Assembly: GCA_045661185.1 (NCBI GenBank)
Contig: JAZRFD010000017.1
Span: forward strand, 1-47,672
Length of the DNA stretch: 47,672 nt
Direction: 5' to 3'
From: Eubacteriales bacterium
GTDB lineage: Bacteria > Bacillota > Clostridia > Oscillospirales > CAG-272
The translations under genes and the position numbers were made by a program. Below are positions 26,453 through 35,332 of this stretch, piece after piece. The notes under the pieces are model-generated. The model saw only the letters and a program-made list of their open reading frames with translations. It was not told the DNA's origin and ran no database searches. Position 1 is the first letter of the stretch; every line of letters starts with the position of its first letter.

Positions 26453-28321
26453 GTGGCTGCAAATGAGGAAACCGTCAAGCGATTGCTGGAAAAAGCAAAC
26501 ACTCTGCCGCTGTCGTCGGGCGTGTATATCATGCGCAACAAGAGCGGAAAGGTCATTTACGTCGGCAAGTCGCGCAAGCTGAAGAACCGCGTGTCACAGT
26601 ACTTCCAGAACGGTGAAAAGAACGTCAAAACGGCGAGAATGGTCGCTTCCGTGCACGATTTCGACTATTACCTTTGCGACAACGAGATGGAAGCGCTGTC
26701 CTTGGAAAACACGCTGATCAAGCAGTATACCCCCAAGTACAATATCCGTCTCAAGGACGCCAAATCCTACCCGTATATCAAGCTGGCGCAGGGAGACTAT
26801 CCGCGCCCCGTGTTTACGCGTCGGCGCGACTCGGACAAGGCAAAATATTTCGGCCCCTATTCGGGCTCGGGCACGGCGTACGCGTTGATCGAGCTGATCT
26901 CGCGCTCCTTGTCGCTCCCCACCTGCTCACGCGTCTTTCCGCGCGACATCGGTAAGGGAAGGCCTTGTATCAATTATCAGATCGGGCGTTGCTGTGGCGT
27001 TTGCACGGGCAAGGTCACGCCCGAGGAATACGGTGAGCGGATCCGCTTCGCGAGCGAGCTTCTCGGCGGTAAGGCGCGGGACGTGCGACGCGCATTGGAA
27101 GCGCAGATGTACGTATACGCCGAGGAGGAACGATACGAGGCGGCAGCGCGTTGTCGAGACACCATCGAGGCGCTTGACCGCGTCAATCAAAAGCAAAAGG
27201 TCGTGGCCTCACCCGATACCGAGCAGGACGTGATCGCGCTGTATTCCGATGATTTTTGCTCCTGTGTGTCGGTGTTTTACATTCGCGCGGGCGTTTTGCA
27301 GGATAAGGCGGACTTTTTATACGGTGCCGACAGTATCCTTGAGGCCGAGGACATGACCACGTTCCTTTGCGAGCATTATAAGGCGCGGGAATACGTTCCG
27401 CACAAGATCCTTTTGTCATTTCCCATGGAGGACGAGGACAGAGAGATGGTGTCCGCCTACCTTTCGGGTGTGTCGGGGCATAAGATCACGGTGCATACGC
27501 CCGTGCGCGGGGAATTGCGGACGCTTTGCGACATGGTGGAAAAGAACGCGGCCGAGCAGGCAAAGCGATATAAAACGGACAATGCCCAGACCGAGGGAAC
27601 GCTGGCACGACTGGCGGCGCTCCTTTGCTTGGAGACCTACCCCGAGCGGATCGAGGCGTACGACATTTCCAACCTTGGTGCCGAGCACCTGACCGCGGGC
27701 ATGATCGTGTGCGAAAACGGCAAATTCAACAAGGCCGACTATCGCACCTTTCGCATCCGATCGGTTACGGGAACCGACGACTATGCCTCCATGCGTGAGG
27801 CCCTTGGGCGTCGTTTGGAGCACCTACGTGACGGTGAGGGCTCGTTTTCGCGCCTGCCCGACCTGATCTTGCTCGACGGCGGACGCGGACACGTATCCAC
27901 CGTACGAGGGCTCCTTGCCGAAATGGAGCTGGATATCCCCGTGTTCGGCATGGTGAAGGACGATTTTCACAAAACGCGTGCGCTCTGCACCGAAAACGAG
28001 GAGATCAGCATCGCGCGCGAGCAGGACGTGTTTTCCTTGATTTATCGCATTCAGGAGGAGGTTCACCGTTATACGGTGGGGCGGATGGAGAGCGCCAAGC
28101 GCAAAACGCTTACGACCTCGTCGCTCACGGCGATCGAGGGAATCGGTGACGCAAAGGCGAAAAAGCTTTTAGGCGCGTTTGGAGGCCTGCGCGGCCTTAA
28201 GGCAGCGAGCGAGGAGCAGATTGCCGCCGTTCGGGGGATTTCTCAAAAGGATGCCGCGGCCGTGCGCGCGTATTTGGACGCACGGGAAGAAGAAAAGAAA
28301 GGACGGATGAAAAAGCGATGA
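26453..28321 (+). CDS. uvrC: excinuclease ABC subunit C
   Basis: GTG 26453, 5 nt after GGGGGAG. GIY-YIG module GVYIMRNKSGKVIYVGKSRKLKNRVSQY, UVR domain, C-terminal endonuclease plus HhH (LTAIEGIGDAKAKKLL). Confidence 0.95.
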   Translation: MAANEETVKRLLEKANTLPLSSGVYIMRNKSGKVIYVGKSRKLKNRVSQYFQNGEKNVKTARMVASVHDFDYYLCDNEMEALSLENTLIKQYTPKYNIRLKDAKSYPYIKLAQGDYPRPVFTRRRDSDKAKYFGPYSGSGTAYALIELISRSLSLPTCSRVFPRDIGKGRPCINYQIGRCCGVCTGKVTPEEYGERIRFASELLGGKARDVRRALEAQMYVYAEEERYEAAARCRDTIEALDRVNQKQKVVASPDTEQDVIALYSDDFCSCVSVFYIRAGVLQDKADFLYGADSILEAEDMTTFLCEHYKAREYVPHKILLSFPMEDEDREMVSAYLSGVSGHKITVHTPVRGELRTLCDMVEKNAAEQAKRYKTDNAQTEGTLARLAALLCLETYPERIEAYDISNLGAEHLTAGMIVCENGKFNKADYRTFRIRSVTGTDDYASMREALGRRLEHLRDGEGSFSRLPDLILLDGGRGHVSTVRGLLAEMELDIPVFGMVKDDFHKTRALCTENEEISIAREQDVFSLIYRIQEEVHRYTVGRMESAKRKTLTTSSLTAIEGIGDAKAKKLLGAFGGLRGLKAASEEQIAAVRGISQKDAAAVRAYLDAREEEKKGRMKKR

Positions 28322-28893
28322 TGCGGATCATTACGGGGCGCGCAAGAGGTACCAAGCTTGCAACCCTTGCGGGTGAGAACACCCGCCCGACGGCGGAGCG
28401 CACGAAGGAAGCCGTCTTTTCCATGCTGCGTGAGTATATTCCCGACGCAAGCGTGCTGGATCTGTTTGCGGGATCGGGGCAGATGGGGCTGGAGGCGCTC
28501 AGCCAAGGGGCGGCGCGCGCCGTATTTTGCGATTCCTCCAAGGAGGCCCTGGCGATGGTGCGCGCCAATGCGGAAAAAACGCATCTGATCGAGCAGTGCG
28601 AGCTTTTTCTGTCGGATGCGCGCACGCTGCTGCGCCGATTGAAGGGTCAAAAACGCTTTGACGTGGTGTTTTTGGATCCACCGTATGCCGCCTGCGCGAT
28701 CCCCGCATGCCTTGAATTGCTGCTTTCCTGCGACCTTTTGGAAGCGGACGCGCGGATCGTTTGCGAAACGGCAAACGAGGCCGACGTGTTTGGCACGCGG
28801 CAGGAGCTTGCGGACTGCTTTGAGGTTTTGCGTGTGGCGCGCTACGGTGCCGCGCACATCACGGTTCTGACGCAAAAGGAGGGGAAGGCATGA
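28318..28893 (+). CDS. rsmD: 16S rRNA (guanine966-N2)-methyltransferase RsmD
   Basis: 191 aa. RIITGRARG, RPTAERTKEAVF, DLFAGSGQMGLEALSQGA, VFLDPPY motifs. Confidence 0.85.
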   Translation: MMRIITGRARGTKLATLAGENTRPTAERTKEAVFSMLREYIPDASVLDLFAGSGQMGLEALSQGAARAVFCDSSKEALAMVRANAEKTHLIEQCELFLSDARTLLRRLKGQKRFDVVFLDPPYAACAIPACLELLLSCDLLEADARIVCETANEADVFGTRQELADCFEVLRVARYGAAHITVLTQKEGKA

Positions 28894-29369
28894 GTCTGGC
28901 GATCATTCCGGGAAGCTTTGACCCGATGACCTTGGGGCATCTTGATATTGTAGCAGACGTTGCCGCCCGCTACGATGACGTGGTGGTCGCGGTGATGATC
29001 AACCCCGCCAAGCGCTATTGCTTCGATATGAAAACGCGCGTGCTGATCGCGCGGCGTACCGTTGCGGCATACCCAAACGTGCGTGTGATCGCGGACAGAG
29101 GGATGCTGATCGACCTGTTCGACAAGCTCCACGCAGACGCGGTCTGCAAGGGGTATCGCAACGCTGAGGATTACGAGTACGAGACGCGCATGGCGGAATG
29201 GAACCGCGCGCACAACCCGCGCTTTTACACGGAATTGATCCGTGCGAAGGAGGGACACGAGCTGATCAGTTCGACCGAGGTGCGCAGAATGATGGAGAGG
29301 GGAGAGGCGTTTGATGCCCTTGTGCATCCCGACGCGCTTCCGCTGATCCAAAGCGCGAAATCAACTTAA
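28890..29369 (+). CDS. coaD: phosphopantetheine adenylyltransferase
   Basis: 159 aa. IIPGSFDPMTLGHLDIV nucleotidyltransferase motif and ISSTEVR near the C-terminus. Confidence 0.92.
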   Translation: MSLAIIPGSFDPMTLGHLDIVADVAARYDDVVVAVMINPAKRYCFDMKTRVLIARRTVAAYPNVRVIADRGMLIDLFDKLHADAVCKGYRNAEDYEYETRMAEWNRAHNPRFYTELIRAKEGHELISSTEVRRMMERGEAFDALVHPDALPLIQSAKST

Positions 29370-29382
29370 ACGGAGGATAGAA

Positions 29383-30018
29383 ATGGATTTGAGCAGCGTA
29401 AAGCGCTCGGCACTCACGGGCGCGCTTATTTACACCGTGTTCGGTGTTCCTGCGGGACTGCTTCTTTTGCTGGTTCCCACAAGCTTTTTGCTTTGGTTGG
29501 TATTTGTGATCATGGGGATTGTCACCGTGGTCAGCAACATTCCCGGTGTGATTATGGGGTTGATGTCTATTGGCCGCCCGTCGGGGATCCTCATGCTCGT
29601 TCTTTCGGCACTTTCGGTGATGCTTGGCGTGATGATGATCTTCTGGCACGAGGAGATTTTGATGATCGTCGTGGGAATTTACATGCTTCTGTTGCCGATC
29701 CTTTCCGTGATCCTTGCCAAGGACCACGGGGCACAGCTCAAGGCGGAGCTGCCAAAGCTCATCATCGGCCTTGTGCTTGTGATCCTGGGACCTGCGGGAA
29801 CGATCGACGTTTTGTTTGACGTGGCCGGCTGGATCGTGATCGCCCTGAGCGTGATCTATCTTGTTACGGTGCTTTTGGGTGTTCGCAAGCTGCAAAACAC
29901 GCCCGGCACACGTGTGTTTGTTGACCACGACGGTGACGGCACGATTGATGCCGTTTACGTAGACACCACGGGCGACGGTCGGGTGGACGCGTCCACTAAA
30001 TATAAGGATCAAAAATGA
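29383..30018 (+). CDS. membrane protein (5-6 TM) with a C-terminal tandem DxDxDG-type tail
   Basis: 211 aa. GGAGGA SD. Hydrophobic through aa ~165, then VFVDHDGDGTIDAVYVDTTGDGRVDAST. Confidence 0.6.
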   Translation: MDLSSVKRSALTGALIYTVFGVPAGLLLLLVPTSFLLWLVFVIMGIVTVVSNIPGVIMGLMSIGRPSGILMLVLSALSVMLGVMMIFWHEEILMIVVGIYMLLLPILSVILAKDHGAQLKAELPKLIIGLVLVILGPAGTIDVLFDVAGWIVIALSVIYLVTVLLGVRKLQNTPGTRVFVDHDGDGTIDAVYVDTTGDGRVDASTKYKDQK

Positions 30019-31421
30019 GTCGGTTTAAAAAGCTTATTTCCAACACCGTTGTGATCGGAATCGGGACGTTTGCCTCAAAGCTTTTGGTCTTTTTGCTCAT
30101 GCCCCTGTATACGGCGTGGCTTTCCACGTCGGATTTTGGCGCGGCGGAGCTGATCACAAGCGTGGCAAATTTCCTCATTCCAATCGCGTGCGTGGGGCTC
30201 AGCACGGGCATTTTCCGCTTTGCGGCGGAGCGCGACTGTGACTGTGAGGTGGTCTTTTCCTCAAGTCTTGCTCTGCTTGGCATCAGCTTAGCGGCGTTTT
30301 TGGCGCTCTCCCCGTTGCTTTTGCTGATCGAATACGTCCGCAAATACGTTTGGCTCATCGTTTTGTACGTACTGCTTGCCGACCTGCAAGCGGTTTGTGC
30401 GCACTACGTGCGCGCGATCGACCGCACCCCGCTTTTTGCGGCACAAGGCGTCTTGAATACGGTGCTGACGGTTGGTTGCAACGTGCTGTTTCTGTTTGTG
30501 CTTGGCATGGGCGTTATGGGATACGTGCTTTCGGTCGTGGTAGGGAATTTTTTGACCACCGTGTTCCTCTTTTTCAAGGCGCAGCTTTGGCGCGTGATCA
30601 AGCCGCGCAAGATTGATCGCGGTATGATGAAGGGGCTTTTGCGTTTCAGTCTCCCCCTGATCCCAACCACGCTCTGCTGGCTCATCACCGATCTTTCCGA
30701 CAGAAGCATGGTCACGGCGATCTGTGGCTCCGCCGCCAACGGTATCTATTCGGCGGCGTATAAGATCCCCACGGTCGTCACGCTTGTGGCAAGCATTTTT
30801 TTGCAGGCGTGGCAGTTTTCAGCCATTGCCGAGGAAAGCGACGAGCAGGAGCGCGGGCGCTTTTATGCAAGCGTATTCGGCGGCTACCTCTCTCTCGTTA
30901 TGATCGGCGCGGCGGGATTGATCCTGATCTCTCCCTATCTTACGAAAATTCTGCTTGCGGACAGCTATTTCGGCGCGTGGCGTTATATGCCCACTTTGCT
31001 TTGCGCGGCGGCATTGGAAGCGATCGTGTCCTTCCTCGCAAGCGTTTATCTTGTCAAAAAGAAAAGCATGCATTCCTTTATAACGGCTCTTTTTGGGGCG
31101 GCTTCAAATATCCTCTTGAATCTCGTGCTGATCCCCGTGATGGGGCCTCTCGGCGCGGCGGTGGCAACGCTTGCAAGCTACGCGATTGTAATGATCGCAA
31201 GACTGTGGGACACGCAGCGCTTGCTGCGCTTCCGCTTGTACCTGCCTCGCTTGCTCGTAAGTGTGGTGCTTTTGGGCGCGCTTTGCGCGGTCATGACCGT
31301 AGAAGCGATTGACGGCAGATTCTGGTGGGCGCTGGGGTTGACGGCGGCGATGGTCGCACTCAACGCACCTTCCTTGATCCGCGCGGTGTTCGGTATGATC
31401 CGCGCAAGAAAAAAAGCATAA
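30015..31421 (+). CDS. MOP-superfamily polysaccharide/oligosaccharide flippase (Wzx-like)
   Basis: 468 aa, ~12-14 TM. The N-terminus MSRFKKLISNTVVIGIGTFASKLLVFLLMPLYT is typical of polysaccharide biosynthesis/flippase proteins. Confidence 0.8.
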   Translation: MSRFKKLISNTVVIGIGTFASKLLVFLLMPLYTAWLSTSDFGAAELITSVANFLIPIACVGLSTGIFRFAAERDCDCEVVFSSSLALLGISLAAFLALSPLLLLIEYVRKYVWLIVLYVLLADLQAVCAHYVRAIDRTPLFAAQGVLNTVLTVGCNVLFLFVLGMGVMGYVLSVVVGNFLTTVFLFFKAQLWRVIKPRKIDRGMMKGLLRFSLPLIPTTLCWLITDLSDRSMVTAICGSAANGIYSAAYKIPTVVTLVASIFLQAWQFSAIAEESDEQERGRFYASVFGGYLSLVMIGAAGLILISPYLTKILLADSYFGAWRYMPTLLCAAALEAIVSFLASVYLVKKKSMHSFITALFGAASNILLNLVLIPVMGPLGAAVATLASYAIVMIARLWDTQRLLRFRLYLPRLLVSVVLLGALCAVMTVEAIDGRFWWALGLTAAMVALNAPSLIRAVFGMIRARKKA

Positions 31422-31423
31422 AA

Positions 31424-31450
31424 GAGAGCCGCGCGGTCGCGCGGCTCTTC
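31424..31450 (+). terminator. GC-rich hairpin after the flippase gene (bidirectional terminator-like)
   Basis: GAGCCGCGC-GGTC-GCGCGGCTC (31426-31447) flanked by an A-run upstream and TTCTGATTT downstream. Confidence 0.6.
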
Positions 31451-31453
31451 TGA

Positions 31454-32047
31454 TTTGCCAAGCGTATCAAGCGCGTCCACGGGATTTGCCTTGCCGTAGC
31501 CGATCAGGTTTGCGGGGTCGAGGTTGATGCCGAGGTTGTCAAGACCGATGTCCTGAATGGCGCGTGCGAGCGTGATGGGCGTTTCCTGTCTCGTTTCAAA
31601 GAGGAAATACTGACCGTTATCCTTTGCATAGGACGCGACCTCGCGCAGGGCATAGATCAAGCCGTGATACTTTTCGGTGGTGGGATCCTCGGGAATAAAG
31701 CCCGCGTGCGTAGCGATCTGTCCCACGCCCAGCTTCTTTGCAAAGTCCGAGCCCGCCTTCAGGTCAAGAATGCGCTGGAAGCGGTACGCCTCGGGCACAA
31801 GACCCAGCGTGTACTGTCCCTCGTAGAAGTTCCAGAAGCCGCGTCCCGACCAGCCCGTCCAGAAGGTGGAGATCGTTACGTTATATTCGGCACACGCCGC
31901 CTTGATGCGCTCGGCGTTTTCATCGTTGTAGCAAGCCGTGTCCCAGCAGGAAATCTGGCAATAGCCAAAGCCCATGTCGTGTACCTTCTTGATTTTTTCT
32001 GCAATATCCGACCGTGCGTTGAGATTTACCATCACTCCGAGTTTCAT
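31454..32047 (-). pseudogene. sugar phosphate isomerase/epimerase (xylose-isomerase-like TIM barrel), C-terminally truncated
   Basis: Family-like sequence runs from M1 to ...NLDPANLIGYGKANPVDALDTLGK (aa 198). The ORF then reads through the flippase terminator and the antisense of the flippase 3' end to 31178. The last beta/alpha units seen in the paralog at 33098-33958 (HLKD..., ENNH) are missing. Confidence 0.5.
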
Positions 32048-32062
32048 ATCAACACCTCGCTT

Positions 32063-33085
32063 TTAAATAGAATAGGGGATCTTCTCGCCGCCGCGATCCG
32101 CGCTTTCGCGCAGAGCCTCGATCAGCTTAACGGTCGCGCAAGCGCTTTCGGGCGTGTTGACTGTGTTGGGAAGGTCGTCAACGATCGCTTTTGCAAAGAA
32201 AGCAATTTCCTCAGCGTAGCAATCGCCCGTGATGGCAGGCAGATCGACAGGCACTTCGTTTTCCTGCCAAAGCACCGCGTGACCGTCGGGAGCGCGCATG
32301 ATCGTGGCTTTTTCAAATACCGCGCGGTAGTCGGCAACGAACGAGGTGCCGCGTGTTTCATCCCAGGAGCCGTTGATGCAAACGGTTACGTCATCGTAGA
32401 ACAGACGCGTGTTTTCCCACTGCCAACGGGTCTTTCCATCATAAGCGACCGTGCTGACCGCCTTCGGCTCGCCCAAAAGGAAGCGTGCCATATCAATGTC
32501 GTGAATGTGCATATCCAGAATACAGCCGCCGCTGCGGTCGGTGTCCTGGAACCATTGCTCAAAGCCCCAGATGGGCAGGGCGCTCAGACGGCTCATGTTA
32601 AGCGCGCGGAGCTTGCCGTATTTGCCGCTGTCAATTGCTTCTTTCAGGTGGAGGTAGGGGGCGTCAAAGCGCAAGCACTGACCGATCATCAGCTTTTTGC
32701 CGCACTCTTTGGCTACGGCGATCATTTCCTCGCAGTCATGGGAGGAGAGCGCCATGGGCTTTTCACAAAGCACGTGCTTGCCCGCGCGCAAAAGCTTGAC
32801 CGTGTATTCCTTGTGCAGGTACGTGGGCAGACAAATGTCCGCCATGTCAAAGTCCTCGTTTGCAACCAGCGCGTCCACGTCGGTGTAGATGTGCATCTCC
32901 TCGGGGAGCGTCACGGGCTCGGTGGAGGTGTTGATTTTGACCTGACGCGTCAATTGCTCAGGAACGATGTCACATACTGCCACCAAGGAGAGGTAGGGGT
33001 GAGATTCCAGCATCATCTGATATCCCGAATAGTGTGCGCGGGCGATTCCGCCAAAGCCGATCATTGCGATTTTTACCTGTTTCAT
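32063..33085 (-). CDS. Gfo/Idh/MocA family NAD(P)-dependent oxidoreductase
   Basis: 340 aa. N-terminal Rossmann KIAMIGFGGIARAH, EKPMALS motif, C-terminal alpha/beta domain. Confidence 0.85.
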   Translation of the reverse strand: MKQVKIAMIGFGGIARAHYSGYQMMLESHPYLSLVAVCDIVPEQLTRQVKINTSTEPVTLPEEMHIYTDVDALVANEDFDMADICLPTYLHKEYTVKLLRAGKHVLCEKPMALSSHDCEEMIAVAKECGKKLMIGQCLRFDAPYLHLKEAIDSGKYGKLRALNMSRLSALPIWGFEQWFQDTDRSGGCILDMHIHDIDMARFLLGEPKAVSTVAYDGKTRWQWENTRLFYDDVTVCINGSWDETRGTSFVADYRAVFEKATIMRAPDGHAVLWQENEVPVDLPAITGDCYAEEIAFFAKAIVDDLPNTVNTPESACATVKLIEALRESADRGGEKIPYSI

Positions 33086-33097
33086 AGCGTACTCCTT

Positions 33098-33958
33098 TTA
33101 TATATTGATGATTTTGTTTACAAGATCCATAGCGGTCGCAACGCCATCTTCATAGCTGCCGGCGTGGTTGTTTTCCAGAGCGATCGCGCCCGCATAGCCG
33201 CTTTCCTTCAAAATTTCCAAGGCCGTGACCGCATCAACGATGCCTTCACCGATCACACATTCCTTGACGTACGTGCCGTCGCGCGTTTGGTCAGCGCCCT
33301 CGTCATTTGCCTCGCACACCACGTAATCCTTCAGATGCACGTGCTTGAACTCGGATGCAAACGCGCGATAGAAGTCTACGGGCGGCTCGTTGACGAACAG
33401 CGTGTTGCCAACGTCACCGCAAATGCCGACGCTTGGCACCCTTGCCTTGACCGCGCGGTAAAACGCGCCAAAGCCGTCCACGCCGTTAAAATACAGGCCC
33501 TGATCCTCGTAAAGGCAGGCCACACCGAGAGATGCCGCGTATTTTGCCACGCGCACCACGGCGGGGAGAACGGTGGTAAGCATTTTGCCGTAGGGAATGG
33601 GGGTACCCTCGGTGCCGAGCGTGATGGTGTGATGCAGATAGGGAGAGCCGAGCAGAACGGCGCGCTCCACGTATTTCATCAGCTTTTCTTCGGATGCGTG
33701 ATTGATTCCGTCGGGGGAGGTGGGATCGTACAGGTTGACAGCCACGGAGTAGCACGCAACCGACAGACCGCGCTCGGAGAGAATGCGGCGATATTCGCGC
33801 GCTGCTTCAAGACTTGGAACGAGCTCTACCCAATCCTTACCGATAAATTCAAAAAATTCAACCGAGGAAAAGCCGAGCCTTACCGCCTCGTCAGCGGCAG
33901 CCTCGATTCCGCACGCTTTTACGCGGTGATACCATTTGGCGCACATTGTAAAATTCAT
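33098..33958 (-). CDS. sugar phosphate isomerase/epimerase (xylose-isomerase-like TIM barrel)
   Basis: 286 aa. AP_endonuc_2-type pattern with GFSSVEF, HHTITLG, CYEDQG, HVHLKDY, IALENNH. Confidence 0.8.
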   Translation of the reverse strand: MNFTMCAKWYHRVKACGIEAAADEAVRLGFSSVEFFEFIGKDWVELVPSLEAAREYRRILSERGLSVACYSVAVNLYDPTSPDGINHASEEKLMKYVERAVLLGSPYLHHTITLGTEGTPIPYGKMLTTVLPAVVRVAKYAASLGVACLYEDQGLYFNGVDGFGAFYRAVKARVPSVGICGDVGNTLFVNEPPVDFYRAFASEFKHVHLKDYVVCEANDEGADQTRDGTYVKECVIGEGIVDAVTALEILKESGYAGAIALENNHAGSYEDGVATAMDLVNKIINI

Positions 33959-34016
33959 TTTTTTAATCCCTTTCTTTTGTGATTTGAGAAGAAAACGATG
34001 AGTTTTTGCATTTTTA

Positions 34017-34045
34017 TTGACTTGCTTGCGGTTTTATTATATAAT
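34017..34045 (+). promoter_or_regulatory. consensus sigma-A promoter for the AraC-family gene
   Basis: TTGACT (34017-34022), exactly 17 nt, TATAAT (34040-34045). A second TATAAT lies at 34101-34106. Confidence 0.6.
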
Positions 34046-34121
34046 AAAGCCGAGACGATTACAAGGAATATTTTTCATACACTATAGCACAATTTTACGC
34101 TATAATTTAAAGGAGATACCC

Positions 34122-34939
34122 ATGAACGATCTGCTTTTATATGAAAAAATGCCACAGGACGCATTTTTGGTGCGCTTTTTGAAGTACACCGAAAGCAATT
34201 ACAGCGTTTTTCTGCATTGGCACGAGCACATTGAATTACATTTGATTCTTGACGGCGCGTGCAAGCTGCGCAACGGCGAGGAGGAGATCCTGCTTGAGGC
34301 GGGGGATTGCGCGGTGATCAACGGAAACGATCTGCACGAGGGGTGTGGCGGGAAATGCGCATTCATTTGCTTGATCCTCTCCTCTCGCCCGATTTTTTTG
34401 AAAATCACCGCGCTTCCTTTCAAAAAAGGATACGCGATGCGTACGTGGCAGAGCTGATTGAAAAGATCACGCGCGGTGACAAAACGCTGGACAACGTAAC
34501 CGATCTTGAGAGCCGCGGATATGCGTATCTGTTGATCTCGCATCTGATCAAGCACTATGCCGTGCGAACCTTCAGCGAGGCGGTGTATTCACAGCATTTT
34601 AAAAAGATGAACCTTGTCAATCGCGCGGTGCGCTTTATGAACGAGCACTACGCCGAGCCGCTTTCCACACGCGCGCTTGCCAAAGAGCTGCATTTGAGCG
34701 AGGGATATTTTTGCGAGATATTCAAGAGCACCACGGGAAAGACCGCACTGGAATACTTGAACGGCTTGCGCGCCGAAAAGGCGGAGCAGCTCTTGCGCAC
34801 GACCGATATGACCGTGTCCGAGATCGCGTTTTGCTGTGGCTTTGCGGATGCGAACTATTTTGCGCGCGTCTATAAGCGATGCATGGAAAAAACGCCGCGA
34901 CAGACGCGGGAGGGATGCGATACGAGGGGGACTTTTTGA
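34122..34939 (+). pseudogene. AraC-family transcriptional regulator (cupin + HTH), disrupted by a frameshift
   Basis: The cupin N-domain (frame of ATG 34122, AGGAG SD) stops at 34457. The HTH domain (LSTRALAKELHLSEGYFCEIFK ... SEIAFCCGFADANYFARVYK) continues in the other frame to 34939. Removing one copy of the tandem CCTCT/CCTCT (34376-34385) joins them as ...AFICLILSPDFFENH... Confidence 0.6.
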
Positions 34940-35315
34940 GAAAAGTCCCCCTCGCGCTCCCCTCAAAAACTTTCACCTACATGAATTTTGTTTTCCCTAT
35001 GGAGGGAGCACCACATCGTGCACCCTCTTTTTTTGTGCGTGGTGAAAGCTCGTTCATGCAGTACAGACTTTGTTTCTGCGTCGCTTGCTGCCGCTCGCTC
35101 GCACGTAACAGTGTTGGTGCGCGATTCGGCAGAGGCAGATAGCTTGCAGATAACACACCTCAACCGAAATGCGCTTCGTAGAAGCGCACACGCCCCCACG
35201 ATCGGCGTTGTCAAGACACCGATCGCGGGGGCGTGCTCTTTGTGAAAAGGTTTTAGAGGGTGAGGGGTATGGGGAGAGGGAGACCTTTTCCTTAAAAAGG
35301 TCTCCCTCTCCCCAT
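34924..35315 (-). repeat. full copy (B) of the hairpin-rich composite repeat, inverted relative to copy A
   Basis: 13-bp hairpin 34924-34953 (araC stop codon in its loop). AACTTTCACC 34968-34977 / GGTGAAAGCT 35041-35050 around hairpin 35002-35027. GCGCTTC-GTA-GAAGCGC 35171-35187. 20-position hairpin 35189-35235 (2 mismatches). 21-bp terminal hairpin 35269-35315. Collinear with the reverse complement of copy A. Confidence 0.7.
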
Positions 35316-35332
35316 ATGTCTTTCCTTTAAAA

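Noticed and set aside
31664-33982. 772-aa plus-strand ORF across the sugar locus
   Set aside because: It runs antisense through three separate minus-strand genes and their intergenic gaps. It has no recognisable domains, whereas the minus-strand frames have clear family motifs and SD sites.
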